Assembly: GCA_951406725.2 (NCBI GenBank)
Contig: OX597831.1
Coordinates: 24,986,001 to 25,050,000 of the forward strand
DNA length: 64,000 nucleotides
Reading direction: 5' to 3'
Source: Octopus vulgaris
Taxonomy: Eukaryota
The notes below the pieces were generated by a model. The model did not search any database. It was not told the origin of the DNA and saw only the letters and a program-made list of their open reading frames with translations. The stretch's first letter is position 1. Each line of letters begins with the position of its first letter. Below are positions 11,914 to 26,019 of the stretch, one piece after another. The translations under genes were made by a program, and so were the position numbers.

Positions 11914-13412
11914 TATAAAATATTTCTTTAACCTCAGTCCCTTCCTGAGACAGCCCTCTTATTCTTTGACACAAAACATATTTCTTAAAAATGTTCACAT
12001 TTAAATTAAAACCTGCCTTCTTGATTTTATGTATAAACGTTTTTCAGTTGTGTTCTGGACACCAGCTTCATAATGTGTAAGTTTGTTATTTCCTTAAGTC
12101 CCTCCAAATTCTATATTATTATTTTCAAAATTACAGGAAACGCATCATGTATTTCTCTCCTGAAGAATGAATCAGAGAAGAGTTAAATACTTAAGTAAAG
12201 AGCTTTTTAAACATGATAAATTATTCTGTTCTAAAACTGTTCCTTTTTAGCAGTACTTTAATGCAATTGACAAGTAAACGCATGCTATCACAGAAATATA
12301 CAACTTCGTTTACATTATCAGCTCATTAAGACTGGCTTAAAAATGAATATTAACATCACAGCAAACATTTTTTCCATCACTGCCAACAATTTCAATCTCC
12401 TCATTCTCACACCCATCACATCCCCCTACCTTCATTATATACAATCATTTATCTAAATTAATATTCTTTTCATTAAAACCCAATATTAACTTATATCGAG
12501 GAAATTCAACAGGAATGTTTTTGAAGATTTCTGATTTAAAGTTTTTATTTACATATTGTTTTTCGTTCGGTGTAAGTGGAATGGAGAAGAAGAAGAAAGG
12601 TTTCGGTAGAACGTGATAATATTGAATAATAAATAATGAGTTCTTAAAATCTTTTGGCCAACTTCAAAGACTTCTATGTATGTTGTCATATTCAGACATT
12701 TGTTTTATCACCTTTTTATAATTTTTTTTTTTGTTTTAATTTACCTCCTCCAATTCTTATCATAAGAATATCATATAATCTATACACGGCATAAATATCA
12801 AAAATACTGCTACAAAAATTCCTTCCTTTCTGATGTATAAGCTATCTCTTTATTACTGTCAGCAACTTTTTGACTTTTTTTAAAGTTTTCACTCATTCTG
12901 TCACTCTGTGTATCTAGTGATGGGTTTGTTTCCAATATAATATCAATCTTCATACTAAAGATACCAAACACCGAAAAAAAAAAAAAGAAGATTGCATATC
13001 AAAATAAGTTAGATATAAAGGCTGCCATCCTCAAATTTACCAAAAATACAAAGTAAATATCTAGTGTGGCTGTATGATAAAACATGTTCTCTTTACATCT
13101 ACATAATTTCTCATTTGTTCCCTTTATATAGCACCTTGAGCAAATGTCTTTTACCTCTGGTTAACTAATATTTTATGATGCCACTGTTAGCCATTTGTTT
13201 AATCTTCCATAGACATCACTCTCTTAGCATTGATATCTTGACTATTCTTCACTTGTGCTCTTTTTTAGTAATTACATTTACCCTTCTCTACTGCTATCTT
13301 TCTCAGCCATCGATTATCTATCATTCATTTTTTCTCTCTCTTACCAACAAATATGTTACTGCTATCAGAATCCCTCCCTCTCTTACCAACAAATATGTTG
13401 TACCACCAGAGA

Positions 13413-13458
<46 letters not shown>

Positions 13459-14127
13459 TTACACACTGCTATTACTATTTCTTTTCCTCTTGCTGCCTCT
13501 TGCATTTTCCCTGACTCTTACATACCATCATCTCATCAATCTGTTTCATATTTCTTTCATACTCTTACTTCTTTTTCCATATCACCCTAGTTACTCTTCT
13601 GCAATTGGCCTCTCCTCTACCTGTAATATTGGTAATGTTGCCATGTTAAATACAAACACTACAAACTGTAAGGTCGACAACAAATGAAAGGAGAATATGT
13701 AGAGTCAATAGGAAGCTTCATTTATGTCTTTTCAACGACATGTCAACTTCTCTGGTGCTGGTGCCACAGTAAAATACATCCCATACAGTCTGCAAAGTGG
13801 TTGGTGTTAGGAAAAGCATCCAGCAAAAAGCAAAGGAAGCCACAAAAATGATATTCAAATAAGACCAGGCCTTGTATTCCATTTGGGGAGGAGAGAAATG
13901 CTGAATAAGAAATGACTCACCAGAAGAGTAATATCCAGCTAGGAACATTTCCCACTTTCTGATTTCTTTCTTCTTTCTATCTTTCCACTTATAACACTCC
14001 AATATACATACAGCAGCACCACTGTGTAGAGAGTGTTCAGGCTCAGTTTGACATTTTGTATAAAAAGAAAGGAAAACACAATATCCCATCCAAAAATAAC
14101 ACTATTTGAAAAAAAAAAAAAAAAAAA

Positions 14128-14485
14128 TAGCAGTATCGCCCGGTGTTGCTCGGGTTTGTTTTGACCCTTTAGAATTGGAATTTTTGAAAAGTAAAAATTT
14201 TGCATTATGTAGCTTGTTATTCTCTTTAAGTGAACATATTTCTGGTTGAAATACACCGAAAAATGGCAACACAGCAGTCAAAAAATCGTAAAAAGTAAGG
14301 ATTTTCAAAGAAAAAAAAGCACCATTTTGATGTAAACAATTTTTGGTCTTAATCTGGTCCGATTTGAATTTTTTCTTCTACGGAATGACGAGCAAGCCTT
14401 CTTCTATCATACTCTCAGTTTTGGTCAACTTGCGCCACAGGGTCTTGGAGGAGATAGTGTTAGTTGAAGGCTACCAAACCTGCCA
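14128..14485 (-). mobile_element. Non-autonomous Helitron, 5'-truncated (same family as 38917-39312)
   Basis: Minus-strand 3' end cccgagcaacaccggg hairpin followed by cgatactgcta; collinear with the second copy. Confidence 0.85.
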
Positions 14486-14487
14486 CC

Positions 14488-14666
14488 TATGCTGGTGTGT
14501 TTACGTAGCCATAACTTAGCGGTTCAGCAAAAGAGACTGATAGAATAAATACTAGACTTCCAAAGAACAAGTCCTGGGGTCAATTTGCTTGATCGACTAA
14601 AGGCAGTGTTCTAGCATGGCCACAGCCACATGACTGAAACAAGTAAAAGAATAAAAAGAAAAGAAT
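14488..14666 (+). mobile_element. SINE-A 3' fragment abutting the Helitron
   Basis: atgctggtgtgtttacgt...tgactgaaacaagtaaaaga. Confidence 0.88.
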
Positions 14667-15194
14667 ATGAGAAAATTCTTGCCCAAGCACTGGACAACCT
14701 TCCCACGTAGGCCTTTCAGCCAGAAACAGGTTTGAATTTTTGCTTGTAAGTTTTTATCGAACTAACTTTGTGGACCAACATAGATCTCATAGCTTTAAAT
14801 GATCAGCCAGGTAACAACTGGTCTCACAGTGATAAGAACCTGAATAATTTTGGATTTCAAAACAGTGATTGTTCCCTTTCTGTCTAAGAATTTTAAAACA
14901 TATTACATGTTATTTATCTTTACTGACTGTCTTTCTGTCTACCTACCTGTATATATATGTGAAAAACTAGTGAGTGCAGTTGATACGGAAGTCCAATGTA
15001 TATAATTTTGTGTGTTTAAGTATGAAGTATGAAGTTAAATATGAATTTATGTACATGTCCTTGTTTGCCCTTGTTTTGTTATCAAATGGCAGTTATGAAA
15101 GTGCATCACCATTATACAAATAGTGTCCATTATTCCAATCTTCTGTAAAAAAATGTCCAGGTATTGGGAAATATTACCTTGCATGGAAACAGAT

Positions 15195-15536
15195 ATATAA
15201 ATACACACATACACATACATATATATATATACACATACACATATACATATACATATGTATGTGCATACACACATACATATATACCTATGCATACATACAT
15301 ATATATACATACATACATATACATACATATATATATATACACGTACATACATATATATAGATATACATACATATATATATATGTACATGTAGATATGTGT
15401 CTATATGTATATGCATGCTTAAATGAATGTCTGTATGCTTCTGTATATGTATACACACACACACACTTATGTATATAACCCATGCTAGCATGGAGAACGG
15501 ACGTTAAACGATGATGATGATATGTATATATTTATG

Positions 15537-15594
<58 letters not shown>

Positions 15595-15719
15595 CATACA
15601 TATGTATACTTATATATATGTGCGCACAAATGTATACATGTGGACATATGCATATTTATATATGTGTGTGTGTGCATCCAATATACCTATTTATAAGTAT
15701 ATCTGTACATACGTATACC

Positions 15720-15785
<66 letters not shown>

Positions 15786-15830
15786 TGTGTGTGTGTGCAT
15801 ATATGTGTGTATGCACTCATACTTACATAT
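15195..15830. repeat. Compound TA/CA/TACA microsatellite containing a family C 3' tip (15476-15520)
   Basis: aacccatgctagcatggagaacggacgttaaacgatgatgatg embedded in the tract. Confidence 0.9.
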
Positions 15831-16251
15831 TCATAAAATAGACCACGGGGAATCGTAATTAAATTCAGCATAAAATGTTTACTTAATCACTAGGCATTAT
15901 GTATTAAACTGATAGAAGCACAGCAGTTGATGTGAGAATATTACTGAGATTTGGTTATAGATTTTTCTATCTCAATGTGTGTCTGTGCATGTGTGTGTGT
16001 GTTCATTTGCACATACACACACACATACATACACATAGTGTAAAGACAAAACTAATATAAAAAAAGAATACACACATACTGTGAATCACCAAGTGATATT
16101 GACTGCTATTTCTACTATTAACTATATTGACCTATCCATCCTTATATCAATATAATACATTCTCTGTTATCCTGCTGATATATATCTGCTGTTAAAAGAC
16201 TAAATTTCAACTTTGTTCTTAATATATTAATATCATAGGTCAGAGATAAAG

Positions 16252-16503
<252 letters not shown>

Positions 16504-16505
16504 AT

Positions 16506-16702
16506 CCTTTCTATTAAAGGCACAATGCCTGAAATTTGGGAGAAGGGATAGTCAGTTCTATCACCTGGTACTTATTTCATCAACCCTGAAAGGATAACAG
16601 GCAAAGTCGACCTTGGGGGAATTTGAACCCAGAATGTAAAGACAGGCAAAATACCACTAAGGATTTCGCTCAGCATGCTAACGGTTCTGCCAGCTCACTG
16701 CC

Positions 16703-16704
<2 letters not shown>
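16506..16704 (-). mobile_element. SINE family B (tail type b) inserted in (TAA)n
   Basis: ggcaaagtcgacct...atttgaac...ctgccagctcactgcctt. Confidence 0.88.
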
Positions 16705-16781
<77 letters not shown>

Positions 16782-17186
16782 TATCAAAATTTGCCTCATA
16801 CATATATATATATATATATTTATATGTTTGTTTGTGTGTGTGTGTGTAAATATGTTTGTGTATGTTTGTGTATGTATTGATTTTTCACCCTTATTGAATA
16901 CTTCATGAAACTGAGTGTAACCTAAAAATGTATATATGTCAATAGAGTTTGATTTCTTCCTCAGTTTTTTTCTTTTCAATATAAGATTATTTTTTCTTCC
17001 CTGACCCATCCCTCCCCTTCTGAGATATTATTCAGTCTACATACTTATGTCATATAGGATTCAATGAAAGACACACATGACAATATCTCTACTTAGTTTA
17101 ACACTTGTCCATAGGATTGTGTCAGTTCCTCACCTGTATTTATCCCGCCTTCTGTTTCCTCTGTTTCCTTGTCTGCTTCAGTCCAT

Positions 17187-17401
17187 GGAGCTGGCAGTAA
17201 CGTTAGCGCGCCGGGCGAAATGCTTAGCGGTATTTCGTCTGTCGTTACGTTCTGAGTTCAAATTCCACCAAGGACGACTTTGCCTTTCATCCTTTCGGGA
17301 TCGATAAATAAAGTACCAGTTTCGCACTGGGTCGATGTAATCAACTTAATCCCTTTGTTTGTCCCCTCTATGTTTAGCCCCTTGTGGGTAGTAAAGAAAA
17401 A
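17187..17401 (+). mobile_element. SINE family B (tail type a), CpG-rich young copy
   Basis: gagctggcag..cgttagc..gagttcaaattcc..gactttgcctttcatcctttcgg..aagtaccag. Confidence 0.92.
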
Positions 17402-17800
17402 AATATATATACAGGTACCATGATGAGGTAAACCCTGATGCAGCAAGCAGAGTTGTTTAATAATAAATGCCTTGTGACTATATATATTATCCAAATTTTA
17501 TATTTTTGGCGTATCCATACATCTACTGGTTGGCTTGGCTAGGCTTGAAGAATTTGTCTTCCACTTGTTTCCTGTGACATTGTAATTACATGACTCTTGT
17601 ACTGTAACCTCTCAATATATCTGTGTGTGTGTGCATGTGTGTTGTGCTGATTTAAATTTAACATATCATTACTAAGTTATTTCTGTTTGTCAGCCATTTC
17701 AAATTTTGATTTCCTGAGTTCGAATTAGAACTCATTTACGTTCAAAAGTTCCTCATTATCATGCTTGCTTTGAATTCCAAATCAACAACTGTTTTCTTGA

Positions 17801-17880
17801 AACCACACCCACTTCCTTTAAGCCACACCCACTTCCTTAAAACCGCACCCCATTCCTTAAAACCACACCCATATTCTTAG
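17801..17880 (+). repeat. 20-bp minisatellite, 4 copies (aaccacacccacttccttaa)
   Basis: Exact 20-bp period with degenerate copies 3 and 4. Confidence 0.9.
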
Positions 17881-18383
17881 ACCTTATACATATTTAAACA
17901 TGATGATGGCCGTTTTCTTTTCCAGCTTTTATTTCATTTCCATTTGCCTTTGTCTTTTTTCTTTGTTTTCATTTTAGCTTTGGTACCTATAGATTAAACA
18001 ATTTTTCATATACCTGATGAAATGTTGAAACAAACAATGCATGTGATGTGACATGCCTAGAATGTGAAACGTTTTTTGGTTTCTTTTTATATAATTACAA
18101 CTCGAGTTCTCTGTCTGAATTTTCTGTTAATTGATTCCTTTCACACACCCACGCATACACACACACACACACACACACAAATGGAGTTAAACGCAGGTGT
18201 TATCCAAAATTCTTTTACTTCCGACATATGTTTCGAAGAAATTTCATGTAAACCCGAAGTTTCTACCTTTAAAAACAAGGACTTACAACCTTTTTACTTG
18301 TGTGATTTTTTGCTACCCTGGTAACTCTATCTATTTTTTCTTGTTAATTGTTAACAAGGGAAAAATACACTTATATAAATATA

Positions 18384-18463
18384 TAAGCTACGGGGACGTA
18401 AACACACCAGCATCGGTTGTCAAGCGATGTTGGGGCGATAAACATAAACACACACACTCAAAC

Positions 18464-18495
<32 letters not shown>

Positions 18496-18657
18496 GACAG
18501 GCTTCTTTCAGTTTCCATCAACCAAATCCACTCACAAGGCTTTGCTCGGACCGAGGCTATAGTAGAAGACACTTGCCCAAGGTGCCACGCAGTGGGACTG
18601 AACCCGGAACCATGTGGTTCGTAAGCAAGCTACTTACCACACAGCCACTCCTACGCC
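18384..18657 (-). mobile_element. SINE-A lacking its 3' third
   Basis: Head through ...tttacgtccccgtag. Confidence 0.9.
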
Positions 18658-19789
18658 TATACCTTCATACAAATATACCTACATAAATACATACATACAT
18701 ACATTCATACACACATGCATATATTCAAATGTTCTATCAATATTGTTAGATCATTAATGAACCACCATCTTCAAGTTAGTCAATGTCATTCTATCATACA
18801 TGTTTCCTTACAAAATTGTGTAGAAGTCACGTATTTGGAAGACAGGTTGATGGTTACAACAGTAAATAGATAAGAAGAGCACAACGGTGATTCGTAACTC
18901 ATTACAGACATGAAAGCCTTACCAACTCCATCTCAGAATATCATGTCTCTCGTGAGAGTGTTACATGATGTTTCTATTATGCAATGCCGGGAAACTGAGA
19001 TTAAAAATGAGACAGAATCAGAATGTAACACAGCTGAAAACCTACACGCTACACATTGAACTAAATCTTTGTATTAAATTTACAAACGTACAACTAGTAG
19101 GTTTACTTTAAATTGTACTTATATAATTAGTGACTTGTCTCGTTAAGAGAATAACTCGTAGCAACTTTAATCTTGCATTTCATTTCCCATGTATTATGTC
19201 ATCTCTTTTGTACTGTTCATGATGACATGTCTGACCAATGGATGTAATTTAAATGACATAATGAAGCTTTTCTTCGGCTAATTGGCAAAGTCGTTAGAGT
19301 GTTGAATAGAATACCTCATGTTATTCGTTTCTTCTGGCTGCTTTTGCTTTGAGTTCAAATCCGACTGAGGTCAACTTTGACTACAGCCTTTACAGACCCA
19401 ATGTATTAATTACCGGTCCAGTATAGATAATTAGCAGAATTGTTAGATAATTGGACAAGATGACTTGTAACATCTGTTCTGCCATTTTCCATATTGAGCT
19501 CAAACTATAACTCCTACCACAGGTCTGATTGTGACAGGAAATGGGGCCTTTGGATCCCAACTGAAGTGATTGACCACCAATATAAGATAAAGTGATACAA
19601 TGCCAATTGGTGCCAACATCTTGGATAATCAATGAACTTGGAATGTCAGATAAATGCTGAGACAGAAAAAGAGATTAAATCTTTCTTTTACAGGAAAGTA
19701 TCTTACATAAGAAGAGAGGAAAGCAGGAGTGAAACCAATCAATATAAATATACAATGTCAATCAGGGCCAATGAGGAAGCCTTCACAGA

Positions 19790-19950
19790 GCTACTTGTCC
19801 TGCTTGAAATAGCAGTTAAATTTCTTCCAGACCACATTGTACCATTTTAAGAAAGAGCATATTAGAATGATAGAGTTTCAAATACACTTACATGAAATGA
19901 AAATGAGATGGTCATGGTTGGAATGGTTTTGATTATAGGTCTGTTAGATA
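19790..19950 (+). mobile_element. Old dispersed repeat (related pieces at ~21750-21830, 31625-31760, 32040-32200)
   Basis: Shared gaaatagcag..aaat and ggtcatgg(c/t)tgga motifs. Confidence 0.5.
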
Positions 19951-20980
19951 AATAACAATAAAATATGAAGTTATTTGCATTGTTTTTTTCATTATACATG
20001 CTTGTTATCAGTATTGCCATTGTTGCTGTACCTACGATTCAGTAGCATTTGTAGCAGAAGTAGTAGCTGCAGTGGTAGTGGGAGGAAAAGGAAGCACAGA
20101 TAGAGTGGTAGCAATAGTTCTGTTAAAGCAGATCTATGTCATTCATGTAGTTCACTGATGAAACTTCAGGGAAGATTACCATAGATTTTGCTGCTCAGAG
20201 TTGAACAAGAAAAAGTTTATTAGAAACATTTATATGAGGGAAAAAAACAACAAAAAAAAACATTTTCTCAAGGGTTAGAATTATTTCAATTCATCCAACA
20301 TGTACAGGAGGCAATTATGGACATGTTTCATTGCTATTCTAACTTCTTCAGCAAGACTGCCTAGATAATTGTGCAATTTTGTACATTTGTTCATGCACAA
20401 AATAAACTGTTTAAAAACCAAATAATTCAGAGATACCATCCACCTGTAAAAAAGAAAAAAGAATAGCAGTAAATTAGTGTGAACATTAATAATTCAGGAA
20501 GCATTAAAAGATATAGACTAAGATTAAATTTTCAATCAGCAAAATTTTTTTACGAACCAAAGACAAATATTTACATTTACCTCATCAGGTAAAGGAGAAA
20601 TTACTGGACATTTTCCATTCTCATTTCAATTTTTTCTGAAAAACATGTTATCTAATATACATACTCAAGAAAGAATTTCTAGACAATTTCATTTTCCTGT
20701 ACCAGCAAATATGCAATTTTCAACATCTATTTTGGAAGAGTATGGTCCTATGTTGTACACTTCATTTTAAAGGTTTTGCTCGAAGCTATAATGCACTGCA
20801 CAAGCTCTCTGCATGTGTGCCTTGAGTGCCTGTCTTCCTATAGCAGAAACAGCTATAAGCCAATGAAGTTGGCTACATAATTTCTGTTCCCTTGTTATTC
20901 CATTAATTCTTGCATGTATGTATGTGATCATGATCATCATTTAACATCCATTGTCACTGCTTAGCAGAGACATACATATA

Positions 20981-21109
20981 TACATACATTCATAAATATA
21001 ATACATACATTCATAAATACACACATACATACATACATACATGCATGCATACATGCATGCATGCAAACATACATACATACATACATACATACATACATAC
21101 ATACATACA

Positions 21110-21141
<32 letters not shown>
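20981..21141. repeat. (TACA)n microsatellite
   Basis: Visible tract. Confidence 0.95.
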
Positions 21142-21142
<1 letters not shown>

Positions 21143-21966
21143 TTATGTATGTGTGCGTGTACGAACATGTGACCAAAGTAAACTACAGTTTTTCAAATCC
21201 TCTGTGGACATAACAGTTGTAAAGGCATCATGTTATTTTTTTCTGTAATACACAGAGAACCAACAGAAATTATGCTGATCTGTTTCATAGCTCATTGACT
21301 TCTCATCAAGGGATAAGTACCTTTCAGCTTTCTAGCCACTCTTAGAATTTGTAGCAATTCCTATTTAAAGCACACACAAACCTGAATTTACTCTATAACT
21401 GTTAGACTATCTTGCATTTTGGGCTTCACCTGTAGCATGATTAAATATTTAATATACAGTTTATGCATAATATGTGTGTGTGAGTGCTTGTGTTTGCATG
21501 TGTATCCATACACACACAAACACATATTATATATACATACACATACATATATAATATATACATTTAGTTCTTCCCCCTGGCCCACACGCAATCACGCCCA
21601 CACACATGCATGCATTCACAGATGTTCCTTACTTTTCTGTGTTTCCACAATCACATGTATTTAAAATCACTAAAGATCACGAAGTTACATTTAATTAAAA
21701 TAGTTATGCATCATAAAAGTTATCTAACGATAGGGTGTCCGTGTTGTTGCCTGACCTGCTTGCAATAGCATTCAGATTTTCTTCATGTTGTATTCTACCA
21801 TCTTAGAAATGGAAGAAAACATTTCATCAAAGCTGGAACCTGTTCATAACACTTCTCAATCAAATTCAAAACCCTCACTTATCTTCAGCACATATATTGT
21901 ATTTTTATCTATCTATCTGTAACTCTCTCTCATTTTATATATATATATATATATAGATAGAGAGAG

Positions 21967-22038
<72 letters not shown>

Positions 22039-22098
22039 CTGGTCCAACCCATGCCAGCATAGACAATGGATGTTACAGGATGAAGATAATGATGATAA

Positions 22099-22137
<39 letters not shown>

Positions 22138-22140
22138 TTG

Positions 22141-22563
22141 GGTGGTTGGCTGGTAAGAAGCTTGCTTCCAAAACCACTTGGTTCCAAGTTCAGTCCCACC
22201 ATGTGGCACCTTGGGCAAGGTTTTTTCTATTTTAGCCTTAGGATGACCAAAGTGTTGTGAGTGGACTTGGTTGACAGAAACTGAAAGAAGTTCATCATAT
22301 ATGTATATATATATATACATATATATATATATCTTGTTTGTCATGTGACTGTGGCCATGCAGGAGCACCACTTTTAGTCAAGCAAATCGACCCCTGGACT
22401 TATTCTTTGTAAGCCTAGTATTTATTCTATCGGATTTCTTTTGCCGAACCACTAAGTTACAGGGACATAAACACACCAGCATCGGTTGTCAAGCGATGTT
22501 GGGGTGGGGACAAACACAGGCACACAAACATACATATATACATATATATGACATGCTTCTTTC
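22141..22563. mobile_element. SINE-A 5' half (+, 22141-22320) facing a SINE-A 3' half (-, 22333-22563)
   Basis: Opposite orientations joined across a (TA)n tract. Confidence 0.85.
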
Positions 22564-22608
22564 TATCTATCTATCTGTCTGTCTGTCTGTCTGTCTCACT
22601 CTCTCTCT

Positions 22609-22647
<39 letters not shown>

Positions 22648-22653
<6 letters not shown>

Positions 22654-22860
22654 CAACAATTGAGGTAAAATTAATTAGTTATTAATCAATTTCACCAAGT
22701 ATTCAGTATGTAAAAGGACCATTTAAGGCGAATTCAAAATATTACATTAATATAAAGGGCTTAGTAAAATAAATTACTTTGCCACATACTGAACTCATTA
22801 GAAATAGCAGCCAAAAAGTTTTTAGCTATTTCTAATACTTAAAAAATTTCTCTCAGATAG
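22648..22860. mobile_element. Unclassified ~210-bp insert flanked on both sides by (TA)n, with an internal hairpin
   Basis: ttagaaatagc...gctatttctaa inverted repeat; (TA)n on both flanks. Confidence 0.4.
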
Positions 22861-22885
22861 TGTTTTATATATATATATATATATA

Positions 22886-23050
22886 TTGTTGTATTTCGGG
22901 GTTGGGGGGCAAATAAACACACTATATATTCATTCTTCACTCATTTATTATTGTTCTTATTCTAACTCATGTCCATTGTCCAGAAATCTTTCATCACACA
23001 TCTGTGACCTCTTCAGTGACACTTTCCATCTTCGTGTGTACACTTGTTCT
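22886..23050 (+). mobile_element. One arm of the TA-flanked foldback MITE family (see 43465, 57247)
   Basis: ttgttgtatttcggg...caaataaacacactatatattcattcttcactcatttattattgttc. Confidence 0.75.
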
Positions 23051-23874
23051 GCTAATTCCATTCTTATACATATGTGTGTGTGCGTACATATTTATGTACA
23101 TGTGTGTGTGTGTGTGTATACATATTTATGTACGTATGCGTGTTTAATTGTAAATTATATAAACAGCTACATGTCTAAATTTATAGAAAACTATATCTTT
23201 ACACTAATTATGATCTGGAAGAATGCTCAATATTAGAAACATGGATATAATAATTAATCCTGTTTGTTAATTTCACAGTTTCTTTTAACTTCTTTTCCTT
23301 GTTAATCTTAATTAAGAGTTCAGATGGTGCAGCTGACGAGTGTAATCTCTTTTGAATGATCCTTTCAAATCCCCCTCTGCTTCTGTCTGTCTGTCTGTCT
23401 GTCTTCCATTTTAACTCTCATCTTTATCGTTTACTTTCGTCTCCTTCTTTCCCTCACACTCTCTCTCACTTTGTCTCTAACCCATGTTATTACTTTCTCT
23501 GTTTAGTATCTCTCACTCATGTACTCTCTCTTTTTCTCTAATATCCATCATTCCCACGTAACCTCCCCATCTCCTTCACTCCCTCACTGTCTCAACACCA
23601 CCTATTTTTTTTTTTCTGTTATGTCATTACCTCACATTGTTTCTTATTCATACATCACACATGCATTCATTCACTTTCACATTTACTTTCACTTTCACAT
23701 TTACTTTCACTTTCACTTCTTCCTCTTCTACATCTTTTTCCTTGTCTTGGTTCCTCTCTTCCTCCTCTCTACCCATTTCTGAATACCATATCAATTCACC
23801 TCTTCTCCAAACTCTCAAAAGAAATTTTTCAAATCTACCAGAAATACATCTCCGCCCACCTCTCTCTCTCTCTC

Positions 23875-23931
<57 letters not shown>

Positions 23932-24122
23932 GTAAACAAAATACATACATATGTTTGCTTTGTTCTTATATCCATCATCACCAACCACCAACCACCAACC
24001 ACCATCACTACTAACTTTCAAACATTTCTAACTTAACACATATTTTTTCTTACTTTTATTTTCTCTTCCATTTGAAATCATGCAAGCTGTAAAAATAATA
24101 ATAATAATAATAATAATCATAG

Positions 24123-24153
<31 letters not shown>

Positions 24154-24557
24154 AATGATAATAATAATATACACCTACCCAATAAGAAGAGGAAGAAGGT
24201 GACTCTGTATTTAGACATTTATATATTTAACAGCTAGTGTTCTGAAGCAGTAGAAGTCTATATACGTGCATATTTCTGGACGGCCTGATCTGAAGAAGCA
24301 AGTTATTCAGGCTAACGTTGCCAATATTCTTCTATGCTGCCAATAAAATGGAAAACATTTCATCTCATGCTGATAATATATAAGTTATAACTGATCAATT
24401 TAGAATTAAACAAATAAAACTATCACAGAGCAATACAACAACAACAACAACAACAACATTGTCTAAAACGGTTGAAAAACTTCACACATTCTCTTTTCTA
24501 CTCTCTCTCTCTCTCTCTCTCTGGATATATATGTGTGTGTATGTGTGTGTACATATA

Positions 24558-24613
<56 letters not shown>

Positions 24614-24619
24614 TACACA

Positions 24620-24744
24620 TATATATACACACACACACATAAATATGTGTATATATATATACATACATACACAAATATAAATATATATATATATATACAT
24701 ACATACACAAATATATATATACATATACATATATACACACACAA

Positions 24745-24784
<40 letters not shown>

Positions 24785-24913
24785 TTGTGTGTGTATATAT
24801 GTATATGTATATATATATTTGTGTATGTATGTATATATATATATATATATATATTTGTGTATGTATGTATATATATATACACATATTTATGTGTGTGTGT
24901 GTGTATATATATA
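24620..24913. repeat. ~290-bp near-perfect palindrome of compound microsatellite centred on (TA)n
   Basis: The irregular interruptions are mirrored; + and - ORF translations are almost identical. Confidence 0.85.
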
Positions 24914-25086
24914 CACATATATATATATATATACACACACACAGACATACATATAGGTACACTATCTTTCATTCACTATGTGCTTCTCTCTCTTGTGGCT
25001 TTTCTATTATCACTATCATGTTTCTTTTTGGAAATGATCCCCTATCTTTTTTATTTTTGCATGTCTATCACCATCACCATCATCAT

Positions 25087-25117
<31 letters not shown>

Positions 25118-25149
25118 AGCATCTTCCATCATCATCGTCATCATCATCA

Positions 25150-25850
25150 TTTTTTCCATGCTTGATCAGATTCCATGGAACTTCTCCAACGTAATGTCTG
25201 ACCACTTGTTGCAGTCCTGAGATCTTTCATCGTTTGTTCTTGTAGTTCTCTCAGTCATCTTCTACGACAGCTTCCTGCTCCATGGATCATTTGCTACTTC
25301 TTCCCAGTAACTGCCATTCCACCCACGCCCACACCCATACATATGACATCTCCATATAAACTGTGTCTTTTTTCTTGCATATTCCAGTTAGTTCCTCTTA
25401 CACTCAATTTTTTTCTTTTTTTCTCAGCACATTTCTGCTTTGTTATTTATGTACACTTATATTAAACACCCAACAGGCTTGTAAGAAATCAGGCAAGCAG
25501 GGCATGCTTGCTTCATTTCCTGCCAGCCTTTCCACATCATCGAACATATTTTATGGTACACCAGTCAACATTGTGACATAGTTTAAAAATGTAGTGTAAA
25601 CATCCATACATCATCACTGCCATTCCAAATCCTCCTGCATTTGCCATTAAATTTTTGGTTCTCCAAACTTGTCTTGGTGTATATGTCAACCTGCAATTTT
25701 CACCATAAATTTTAGTGCAAAATTTCGACATATGCTGGAAAACGCAGTATATTCAATGGCCAGTTATCACATGCGAGAAGCATAAAATCTGCTTTCCTTG
25801 AGCAAGTACTCCCATTTCTTGACAACGGATGTAGAGATCTGTATCACTCG
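25150..25850 (-). mobile_element. Possible very decayed RTE-type LINE 3' portion with (GAT)n tail at 25068-25150
   Basis: QVWRTKNL...AVMMYGC resembles the RTE post-RT motif (VW...L...VLLYGCE); weak. Confidence 0.4.
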
Positions 25851-26019
25851 GAGTTGATCATTTATCTAGTGTTTATGTGTAGGCCTGGGCAAGATTCTGT
25901 TCGTAGAAAACTGACAGTTACTCATGTACTGCAAGGCTATTTCCTTTCTGCCACTAATCTTGTCCAAGAGAAAAGCTGCCACTTTAGAGAAGAAATACCT
26001 TGACCTGACACCAGTATAT

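Noticed and set aside
13335-13400. Short direct duplications (also 38513-38558, 53295-53396, 58415-58448)
   Set aside because: Ordinary local slippage duplications with no further structure.
18014-18070. CTGATGA followed by GAAA (hammerhead core words)
   Set aside because: No credible stems I-III.
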